Positions 27,106 through 34,261 are shown, counted from the first letter of the stretch. The stretch: DNA of 38,733 nt from Candidatus Woesearchaeota archaeon (GCA_016177345.1 JACOVM010000072.1:1-38733), one strand, 5' to 3'. The notes: a model not told the origin generated them from the sequence alone. Program-made: numbers and translations.

Positions 27106-28050
27106 TCAGCTCGGCCCATTCGTCACAACATATTCCCTCATTCTCTTGCGGAGGATACTAAATGAACGTTCGCTTTGCTCTTTTCTGTCACCGCGCTCGT
27201 GCTTGCGGTACTCGAAAGGCCCGTGCCTTATCATATCAGACGTGCTTCTTCCAAGCCAGTACATGTTCCATTGTTCTCGTTCAGGCCGAGGATCCTGGAA
27301 GAAGAGCTGGATTGGATTGGTGTCCAGCGCGTCCATAATCCATGCATTGTATGGTTCAAGATCTTGAGAGACAAGAAGCTGGTATGCCACAGTAAGTAAA
27401 TTGCAGATATCGGGATCTGCGCTGACAATTCGCACTGGCCGTCGTGGAAAATGAATTGCAGCAAATACTGCATCGGTAACAAGGCGTTCATCTGCTTCTG
27501 GTTCAGCATAAAAGACAGGCGGTTGCGCCTCATCAGGCCTTACTTTCTTGACTCGGCCTTTGTATTCTATCTTGACGATAAGGCGGTGTAGTTCTTTATG
27601 TTGCTGCTGGAGTTCTGGTGTACTTCCAGGGCGAAATTCAGCCGCACTTAAGTACATGGAAAGCAGTTGTCGGTACCATGCCTTAAGTGCAGTTTCTTCG
27701 TCGAGAGAATGATCTGGCGGTATGCCGAGCCTGTTGACTTTATCAACGTCAAGCTGAGTTAGTTTTTCGCTGAGCACGAGGTCTGCTCTTGTCAATTCAT
27801 GGGCAACTCCGCTGCTGATCAGCACGTGAGGGTGTGAGAGTACTTGTTCAAGAGCACCATTGAGCTGGAGAAGAGCGGAGATATCATCGCGAAGAAGGTC
27901 TCGATAGGATCCTGCAGTTGCTATTCTTTCAGTAAGTTGATAGGGAAGGAAAACATTCGTATCAAGAAACGTCAGGCCTGGATAATCAACAATACGTTCT
28001 AATGGCTGTAGAAGTTCAGCACCAAAAACTGGCTTTATTGCCGTGTCCAT
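27106..28050 (-). CDS. hypothetical protein with PIN-like acidic motifs and a large insertion
   Basis: FLDTNVF (first Asp), GVAHELT (Glu), RLVTDAVFAAI (Asp) and RIVSADPDI (Asp) occur in the PIN order. About 110 aa are inserted between the second and third elements. This is pattern-level only. Confidence 0.6.
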   Translation of the reverse strand: MDTAIKPVFGAELLQPLERIVDYPGLTFLDTNVFLPYQLTERIATAGSYRDLLRDDISALLQLNGALEQVLSHPHVLISSGVAHELTRADLVLSEKLTQLDVDKVNRLGIPPDHSLDEETALKAWYRQLLSMYLSAAEFRPGSTPELQQQHKELHRLIVKIEYKGRVKKVRPDEAQPPVFYAEPEADERLVTDAVFAAIHFPRRPVRIVSADPDICNLLTVAYQLLVSQDLEPYNAWIMDALDTNPIQLFFQDPRPEREQWNMYWLGRSTSDMIRHGPFEYRKHERGDRKEQSERSFSILRKRMREYVVTNGPS

Positions 28051-28228
28051 CTTGTGCGGAGATATTTATGCCTTTTAATGCCTTGCCTTTAGTGTGTGAT
28101 ACGTAGCGGATTCAGGCGCGTCCTGATATTTTAGTTTATTTTATCTATTTTCTAGCCTATCTTACCTGCCTGTCTTCTTGAATTTGATAAGTTGTCCTAT
28201 ATTATATTCCATATAGAAAATAATATTA

Positions 28229-28317
28229 CAAAAAGAAATCCTGACTCTCGACGGAGGCCCTTGTGAGGGTACTTTACCAAGCTTGGCGCTTTGGTGAAGT
28301 ATCAGGATTTCTTTTTG
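28229..28317. repeat. 89-nt compound hairpin at the left edge of the foreign island
   Basis: A perfect 16-bp outer stem: CAAAAAGAAATCCTGA 28229-28244 pairs with TCAGGATTTCTTTTTG 28302-28317. The inner hairpin TACTTTACCAA 28270-28280 pairs with TTGGTGAAGTA 28291-28301, with one T:G on the + strand. Confidence 0.7.
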
Positions 28318-28346
28318 TGGTCATTTCGTCGTAAGGCAGCTCCTTT

Positions 28347-28547
28347 CTAGTGGATGGCGAGGATATCAACCCTCTCAAGGACAAGTTCGTACCCCTGGCG
28401 TCCTTGCTTGATTCCCCTCACCATCCAAGCCCTGTTCGTGCCACTCATCGGAGTCAGGAATTGCTCTACGAACTCCTTGACTGCAGGATGGTGGTCTACT
28501 TCATGCTGGTCTCGAGCAATCGTTCTGCACAGGTCACAAGTGCACAT
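28347..28547 (-). CDS. small hypothetical protein (66 aa, N-terminal CxCxxC)
   Basis: MCTCDLCRTIARDQHEVDHHP.... AGGAG lies upstream of the ATG but only 2 nt away, which is suboptimal spacing. It sits at the distal end of the island. Confidence 0.35.
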   Translation of the reverse strand: MCTCDLCRTIARDQHEVDHHPAVKEFVEQFLTPMSGTNRAWMVRGIKQGRQGYELVLERVDILAIH

Positions 28548-29493
28548 AGCTCCTAGTTCCGTGGGCTTCTACTACGTTGGGCTTCTTTACTTCGCTTGCT
28601 TTCTTGTTTTTCCTTTCGTTCTTGTTCTTTACTGTACATCATCTACTTCAACAAGGTACGGGACCACCGAATGCGTACGCGGTGCGCTTAGGGGGAAAAA
28701 AGTACGCACTCGATGGTCCCGGTTTGGAGGGAACAACACTGTGTCGACAGCGCCATACTAAAGCTGGTGTTTTCTTTAGTTGTCGCACATCTTCACTGGA
28801 ACACCAACATGAGTAATAACTCCCCCATACTCATGGTTCCCTCCTGGCGTTCTGGATATGGTGACCGTTCACGCAATGCAACCCTTCTCCTCGGAGAAAC
28901 AACATCAGGATTACGTGAACGGTCATAAGGCAGCACCTGTTTTTTGGGTTGAACAACGACCAGCATACAGCGGTTGGCTGGACAGGTGCTGCCAACGAGG
29001 CCATCGAACCTGATAAAAGAGCCGCCCCTCCCCCTGGAAAAGATGGCGTTTTATCACCTCTGCTCGATGGCCTCGTAATCTGTTAATCTTCATCTTCTGG
29101 CCTGAGGGGCAACCAAGTCGGCTTTACGGAATTGGTAATGCACCTCGCTTGCTATAGGTTTAGGTTTTATCTTGGTTGCCCTAGGAGACTGCACCTGTCC
29201 AGGAAGATGACCCCCTGTATTCGTCATACCTAGACAGGTGCAGCCTACGAGACCATCGAACCCGCGACCGAAGGGTAGGTTATTGCGCAGGGATACGAGC
29301 TCGATGGCCTCGTAAAGCGGCTGTCCACGGCAAGAGGTGAAGCCCATAGCCTCGAGCACATGGACAGCCGCCGAGCGCTTTCCAAAGGAGACGGCAAGTA
29401 ACCATTGGCGGCGCTCTCTAAGGAAGACAGCAGGTGTTCCTCACTGAGGCTCTGGATTGAGGCCAGCATCATTGAGGGTGATGCCAACAACAC

Positions 29494-29595
29494 CTGCCGC
29501 CAGAGGAGCCCTCGACCTTACGCAGTAAAGCGCAATGCACGTTAATCCCTCGGGAAGATCGGCCGTGCAAGATTGGTCGAGGGCTCATCTGGAGT
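29494..29595. repeat. long hairpin repeat, copy 1 (downstream of the 481-aa ORF)
   Basis: The left arm CTGCCGCCAGAGGAGCCCTCGAC (29494-29516) and right arm TGGTCGAGGGCTCATCTGGAGT (29574-29595) form an 18-bp stem (29500-29517 / 29575-29592) with one G:A mismatch. Confidence 0.8.
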
Positions 29596-29926
29596 TTAGC
29601 ATGTTAGTGGGATGACTGCGGCAGGCACAGGCCAGTGAGCGCCCTCCCAGGACACCGGTTGTCTGTACCTGCCGCAGTCGGGCACAGTCATCATCCACGC
29701 GGGCAAGGGTTGGTGGTGATGACTGCTGGTTGTAGAGGCAAGTGAGGCGCTTGCCGAGAAGCGACAATTTGCTTGGGGCCAAGCCTTTGTCGTCCTGGAA
29801 GCGCCTCACCTGCGGTGCCTGCCGAAACGCATTACGTTCGCGTTTCACTCTTTCGTCTTAAGGGCGCACACCCGTCAGACGACGCATGGCAGGACTTTCA
29901 TGGCAACGCGGCAAGAGTAGGTAGGG

Positions 29927-29994
29927 GCCTCGGGCCACGATCTCATGCTCTTTCTAACTTCTTCTAGAAAGAGAATCAGATCGTGACCCGAGGC
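29927..29994 (-). terminator. long two-tier hairpin just 3' of the 481-aa ORF (terminator or processing candidate)
   Basis: A 17-bp stem (29927-29943 / 29978-29994, one G:U on the minus strand) encloses a 9-bp stem (29948-29956 / 29965-29973). No T-run follows it on the minus strand. Confidence 0.35.
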
Positions 29995-30004
29995 TTGGGG
30001 AGAA

Positions 30005-30016
30005 CTAGCTAGCTAG
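30005..30016. other. CTAGCTAGCTAG block (stop codon in all six frames)
   Basis: Three tandem palindromic CTAG units give TAG in each frame on both strands. The block lies 15 nt downstream of the ORF's own TAG (30034..30032). Confidence 0.9.
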
Positions 30017-30031
30017 CCGATGGTGGGCTGA

Positions 30032-31477
30032 CTAGGCGTTCTGCGGGGCGTGCTGCGCATCCTCGAACTCGAAGCCAGCGGCGAGCTGGAACTGCTCGAC
30101 GGGGATTCCGCGGATCGCGACGATCTGGCCGAAGGCGTTCCGCAGGGCGGCCTGGTCCTCGAGCTGTTCGGCGATCTGGGAGGCCACGCGGCGGACGTAG
30201 GTCTTCGGGTCCGTCACGTTCACCTTCATGATGCCGATGTTGAACGAGTTCAGGGCGACGTTGCGCAGGAAGCGCACGGTGCCGTCCTGTTCGATCTCGT
30301 TCTGCTCGAAGCCCAGCGCCTGGCAGATCTCCTCGACGATCTCCTGCTTGAACGGCGAGATCGCCAGGTGGATCCACTGCACCAGGGAGGCGAAGGCCTG
30401 CTGCTGCTTCCGGAGGTACCGCGGCGAGATCCACTGGCCCAGCAGGTAGATCGCCACGCCGACGTAGCCGTGGTTCTCCTTGCCGAACTGGATGGTCGCC
30501 TTGTTCTGGTCCTTCGTCAGCTCGGCCTTCACAGCGAAGAGGAACTTCTCGTAGCGGCCGTACTTGTCCATCTTCACCGGCGTGCCATCGCTGTCCGTGG
30601 GCTGGAAGCCCGACGGCGTGAGGTAGTCGGTGAAGGGGGTGGGGCTCTTCGTCGTGGCATGCGGCACCTTGAAGCCCAGGCCCTCGAGGCAGCTCTGGAC
30701 CGTGGCGATGGTGCCGGTGTTGCCGTTGAGGAGGACGACGCACGACTGGTCGATGCCGCAGTCGTTCGCCATCCAGCTCAGCGGGTTGTACGGCACGTAC
30801 ACCTCGATGCTGGTGAGCTCGCCGACGTTGTTGAAAGCCGCGAACGGCCGCACGTCGAACTTGCCCAGCTTCGCGTCACGGTAGTAGCCGCCGCTCATCC
30901 CGATGACCTGGGTGAGAAGCTCCCGCATCGCGTTCTGGCTGCCGTTCGTGGCCACGTTGCGCGTCACCGGCTTCTTCTTGCCGTTTGCCAGGTCGGTGGT
31001 CACGACTTCGAGGTGGGGCAGGCCGTCGACCGCGGAGACGAAAGTGGCGTCCTTCCGCTCCTTGGTCGCGGTGATGGTGGTGAGGCCGAGGGACTGGCGA
31101 TCGCCGTAGGTCTTGGACATCGCCTCCTGGATGGCGGTGATGTTGTCGCCGAAGGCCACGATGACACCGTCCTCCGAGGCGATGCTCGCCGGGTGGGGGA
31201 GAACGTTGCCATCCTGGAGGAGCTGCAGGCGGAACTGCTGGTCCGGCGTGAGGCCGTGCGACTTCGGGGGCTGCCGGTTGCCGGTGAAGGCCGCCATGAT
31301 CAGCTCCGAGGTGACCTGCTCTTCGGGGATGCCCAGCTCGCTGGCGATGGCCTGCTTGACGTTCGCATGGATCGTCGCCTTCTGCTGGGGGTTGAAGCCG
31401 TACTGCGTGATGTTGCGGAGGTTGCTCTGGGTACGCATGTAGCGTTTCCTTTCGAACTGCATTTGCTGCTTTTCCAC
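30032..31477 (-). CDS. hypothetical protein, GC3-saturated, family not recognised (start uncertain: GTG 31477, ATG 31462 or ATG 31438)
   Basis: This is the only one of the overlapping long ORFs here whose translation looks like a natural protein (balanced K/N/I/F/Q/D/E). 31 of its last 34 codons end in G or C. The antisense and out-of-frame ORFs are R/L/G/D/A/P-rich, as expected for shadows of a high-GC gene. Confidence 0.75.
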   Translation of the reverse strand: MEKQQMQFERKRYMRTQSNLRNITQYGFNPQQKATIHANVKQAIASELGIPEEQVTSELIMAAFTGNRQPPKSHGLTPDQQFRLQLLQDGNVLPHPASIASEDGVIVAFGDNITAIQEAMSKTYGDRQSLGLTTITATKERKDATFVSAVDGLPHLEVVTTDLANGKKKPVTRNVATNGSQNAMRELLTQVIGMSGGYYRDAKLGKFDVRPFAAFNNVGELTSIEVYVPYNPLSWMANDCGIDQSCVVLLNGNTGTIATVQSCLEGLGFKVPHATTKSPTPFTDYLTPSGFQPTDSDGTPVKMDKYGRYEKFLFAVKAELTKDQNKATIQFGKENHGYVGVAIYLLGQWISPRYLRKQQQAFASLVQWIHLAISPFKQEIVEEICQALGFEQNEIEQDGTVRFLRNVALNSFNIGIMKVNVTDPKTYVRRVASQIAEQLEDQAALRNAFGQIVAIRGIPVEQFQLAAGFEFEDAQHAPQNA

Positions 31478-31591
31478 CGCTAACTTCCAAAGCGGAAGCC
31501 CCTCCTGGATTTAATAGCAGTGGTGGAGACGACAGCTGCGTTTTCACGTCTTTTCACATCAATTCTTGCTTCTTATTCACCTACTGTGCAG

Positions 31592-31675
31592 CTGCCGCCA
31601 GATGAGCCCTCGACACGTTGCTTCCCGGTGCATGGCACTGGTGTGGGGAGAGCTGGTCGAGGGCTCATCTGGAGT
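31592..31675. repeat. long hairpin repeat, copy 2 (upstream of the 481-aa ORF)
   Basis: The left arm CTGCCGCCAGATGAGCCCTCGAC (31592-31614) and right arm TGGTCGAGGGCTCATCTGGAGT (31654-31675) form a perfect 17-bp stem (31598-31614 / 31656-31672). The arms match copy 1, but the loop differs. Confidence 0.8.
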
Positions 31676-31732
31676 GGGCTTCGTGAAGACAGCCCGAGAA
31701 GTACTACGGGGGGAAACTGAGGGGGTTGAGGA

Positions 31733-31930
31733 CTAGGTTGCGGGTTCGCTCTTGTCAGCACTCGTCACCTGGATCACGGTGGGGGTGACGACCTGATCAG
31801 GGCTGGGCGGCCAGGCCTGCGTCGTGGGCTCGAAGCGGGTCTGCCGTGCTTGGGTGCCGAGCGGGTTGGTCAACAAGTTGTTGAGCCACGATCCACTGGG
31901 CTGCTTCTTGTCAGGCGGCCTCGGAAGCAT
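31733..31930 (-). CDS. small Pro/Thr/Gln-rich hypothetical protein (65 aa)
   Basis: ATG 31930 is preceded by AAGGAGG with a 5-nt spacer (ACAAGGAGGTTCTGATG). It overlaps the upstream small ORF by 20 nt. Confidence 0.4.
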   Translation of the reverse strand: MLPRPPDKKQPSGSWLNNLLTNPLGTQARQTRFEPTTQAWPPSPDQVVTPTVIQVTSADKSEPAT

Positions 31931-32123
31931 CAGAACCTCCTTGTTCAGCCTTCTTCGCATTCATTCGCTGCAAAGCGATGGCGAGCTGGTTGAAGCCGCT
32001 GGACTTCGGGGTTGAAGAGGGCGTCTCGGTCACATCCTTGCTTCCGTCGCTTCCCTTGATGCCATCTCTGGATGCGTACTCGGTAGCCATGATGTGAGCG
32101 AATTCATCCGTTCGAACCTTCAC
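31911..32123 (-). CDS. small hypothetical protein (about 70 aa; start uncertain)
   Basis: GTG 32123 is preceded by TAGGAG with a 5-nt spacer. The alternative start is ATG 32090 (MATEYASRDG...). Confidence 0.35.
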   Translation of the reverse strand: MKVRTDEFAHIMATEYASRDGIKGSDGSKDVTETPSSTPKSSGFNQLAIALQRMNAKKAEQGGSDASEAA

Positions 32124-32292
32124 GCGATCTCCTACGAACAATAACAGTTTTACAGTTTTCAACGGAGCCTTACTACAGGGTTTTCCACGGTTCTCCGTCG
32201 TGACCAGTGGAAAAGGGCTTCTTCTCGAGAATACAACCTACATTAAACTACATCGCACTCGTCCTACACGCTATCTGTTTCAGAAAACAGGC

Positions 32293-34179
32293 TTATGAAA
32301 GCGTGCGTCCACGTGTTTCAGGGTTTTCCAAGAGAAGAGCTCCGCTAGGCGTTATGTGAATAATCTTCACCATACCTTTTTCGCTTCGCACTTCTTCTAC
32401 AGAAATTAACCCCAAATCTACCAATGACAGCTTTAGTTCGTTTCCTTTGCGGATTGACAAACAAAGTTGTTTGTAGATTTGCGTGGTGGCTAGATAGCCG
32501 GAATTTTGGCGTAGGGTTGCCAAAAATTCATGTTGTTGGTTGGTTAAGTTGTAGGAAAGGGATATTGGAATGGAGGTATCTTTATCGTTATCATCATCAC
32601 TAGCAACAGCAACATTATCATCATAAGTATTATCATGAACAATGCCTTCTGCGTGCTCTTGAATGTTTCGCAATGTTTCAACGTCATCGTTTGTTGCCAC
32701 TCTGCTGAGCTTGAATACCTTGTCCAGCTTTTCGAGCTGCCGCTGGAGCTTTTCTGTATCGCATGACTCTTGAAAATGCTTAAGCCTGCGATGGTCTTTA
32801 GCCTTTCCTTTCATCAGGGTGGAAAGCGCATCATCAGTGATGATATTCTTCTTGACGTCAATAAACGGTGCCTTGATGAGGAAAGGATTGTAGAATCGCT
32901 CTGCTAATTTTACAATTGCGCTGCCGACCGGGAGCATGGAGAAGTATTTTCGCTGCTCGCGCATTTGCATGAGGTTGGAGACACATTCTACATCTGCTGG
33001 AAGGATCTGCTGGAAAGCTATGTTGCAGGCAGAATTTCCGGCAACCGTGTCGCTGAGCTTAGAAATGTGCTGGTCGAGGCAGATTAAGCTAACGCCATAT
33101 TCCCGGATTTCCCGGTAAATCATATCGGTGATGCTTTCGGTGAGGAAGTTTGGCTTTTCTTTGAGAAAAATGTTGTGGGCCTCGTCAACAATGATGGCGA
33201 GCCTAAACTTGTTGCTTTCGTAGTTGTTTGCTTTCATCAGCTTGTACAGGTAGGTCAGGAAGAAGCTGGTGAAGAATTTTTTCTCGCTCGTGCCAAGATT
33301 ATGGAGTTCAAAGACCACTTGCTTATCCATAATCTCTTCAACAGTGTACGCGTCTTCTCCCTTGTAATTGATCGCCTCACCGAAGTCTCCATAGGTAAGG
33401 GAGGAGGCGATTCGAAGAGCGCTTTCAAGCCATTCTGATTCTCGGCCATGGCGCCGCGCACTCATATCTGCTTCATAATCTTCAAGGCGATCTTTGACTT
33501 GGTGCCAGGTTGGATAATTCTCGCTGCCTTCATAGACGCCAAAGTCCTTAAATGCCCTATCGAGTGTTTCGCGCAGCAGCTTATGGACGCCGAAGCTTGC
33601 AAAGAATGCGTCATTGATCAGATCGCACAAAATGTTAATCCATTCCTTCGCCCCAATATTTTTTGGTGGGCGATTAATGTTGAGCTTGAAGTGGTTGCTG
33701 ACTCGTTCGTTGCCGACAGTAAAGCAGTGAACGCTTTTGTCTTTATTCATGAGCTGGCGAAAGCTTTTCTTCCAATCAAATGCGATGAAAGGCTTTCTCT
33801 TCATGACAAAATTGCCGAGAAGATGGAATGCAAAGGTTGTTTTTCCGCTGCCGCTCATGCCAGAGATGCAGACGTGTCTTGGCCAGTCATTTTCCCGCAG
33901 CCCAAATTCATACAGGTTTGTTTTGGCGTACAAGATCGTGCCGAGAGGATATTCTCCTGCCACGACACCTTGCCTTGGTGGCTCAAGCATGATGTCCTCA
34001 TCAGAAAGAAGGCCTTTGTTGAGGTACTTGTGGTAGAGGGAATGAAGCGCTTGCTCAATTTCGATCTTGCTCTCCACTGAATCAGCAAGGCGGTACTTGA
34101 GATAGATCTGGTCGATTTTCTCGCCGAAGACTGGCTTCAGCTTCTTGCAGACTTCCTCGGTAGTGAGCGCACGTTCCAT
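32293..34179 (-). CDS. HerA/FtsK-superfamily (DUF87-like) P-loop ATPase with a C-terminal winged-helix-like domain
   Basis: Walker A is ISGMSGSGKTT and Walker B is RLAIIVDEAHN, followed by LICLDQH. The last ~90 aa (EFLATLRQNSGYLATTQIYKQL...) look wHTH-like. Confidence 0.8.
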   Translation of the reverse strand: MERALTTEEVCKKLKPVFGEKIDQIYLKYRLADSVESKIEIEQALHSLYHKYLNKGLLSDEDIMLEPPRQGVVAGEYPLGTILYAKTNLYEFGLRENDWPRHVCISGMSGSGKTTFAFHLLGNFVMKRKPFIAFDWKKSFRQLMNKDKSVHCFTVGNERVSNHFKLNINRPPKNIGAKEWINILCDLINDAFFASFGVHKLLRETLDRAFKDFGVYEGSENYPTWHQVKDRLEDYEADMSARRHGRESEWLESALRIASSLTYGDFGEAINYKGEDAYTVEEIMDKQVVFELHNLGTSEKKFFTSFFLTYLYKLMKANNYESNKFRLAIIVDEAHNIFLKEKPNFLTESITDMIYREIREYGVSLICLDQHISKLSDTVAGNSACNIAFQQILPADVECVSNLMQMREQRKYFSMLPVGSAIVKLAERFYNPFLIKAPFIDVKKNIITDDALSTLMKGKAKDHRRLKHFQESCDTEKLQRQLEKLDKVFKLSRVATNDDVETLRNIQEHAEGIVHDNTYDDNVAVASDDDNDKDTSIPISLSYNLTNQQHEFLATLRQNSGYLATTQIYKQLCLSIRKGNELKLSLVDLGLISVEEVRSEKGMVKIIHITPSGALLLENPETRGRTLS

Positions 34180-34261
34180 GGTGTTTTTCTTTTTACTATC
34201 TTTTTTCTATCTATTTTTATTTTCTATATTTTATCTTTTCTATGTGATTATTGTTAGCTAA

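Larger units (their letters stand above)
28660..29994 (-). ncRNA. candidate large structured RNA / hairpin array (unclassified)
   Basis: At least 14 hand-verified stems of 8-19 bp lie back to back, with no convincing ORF. All four classifiable non-Watson-Crick pairs are A:C on the + strand, which is G:U on the minus strand. Two adjacent modules share stems but not loops. Confidence 0.45.
28320..32250 (-). mobile_element. compositionally foreign island of unknown type (candidate integrated element); boundaries approximate
   Basis: There is an abrupt rise in G+C and a change in codon style relative to both flanks, and all plausible ORFs are on the minus strand. It contains bracketing hairpin repeats and a hairpin array. 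No recombinase was recognised. Confidence 0.4.

Noticed and set aside
28929-29312. Could the two similar modules be a template/variable repeat pair of a diversity-generating retroelement?
   Set aside because: There is no reverse transcriptase in the window. The differences are concentrated in loops and indels rather than at adenine positions. Neither copy lies at the 3' end of a target ORF.
28354-29967. Short ORFs inside the hairpin array (28354..28761 +, 28577..28816 +, 28713..28928 +, 29090..29359 -, 29245..29493 -, 29585..29848 -, 29773..29967 +).
   Set aside because: They overlap each other and coincide with the paired arms of the hairpins. They show no start signals or codon bias. I cannot exclude that some are fragments of a decayed gene.
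30009-31547. Multiple long overlapping ORFs in other frames and on the + strand across the GC-rich gene (30050..31483 +, 30009..30743 -, 30876..31547 -, and several of 60-110 aa).
   Set aside because: Their translations are dominated by R/L/G/D/A/P/H runs typical of out-of-frame or antisense reading of a GC3-rich gene. Only 30032..31477 (minus strand) has a natural-looking composition and a strong third-position G/C bias.
31598-31672. CAGATGAG in the bracketing hairpin resembles the hammerhead CUGAUGA core.
   Set aside because: The motif is fully base-paired within a perfect 17-bp stem. There is no three-way junction, GAAA element or cleavage-site context.
28327-32204. CGTCGT(A/G)A occurs near both island edges (28327-28334 and 32197-32204), which could be a target-site duplication.
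   Set aside because: It is only 7-8 nt and imperfect. It is not positioned at sharply defined ends, so it is easily explained by chance.
33448-34080. 210-aa + strand ORF.
   Set aside because: It is antisense to the HerA-like ATPase gene, whose Walker A and B motifs fix the coding strand.
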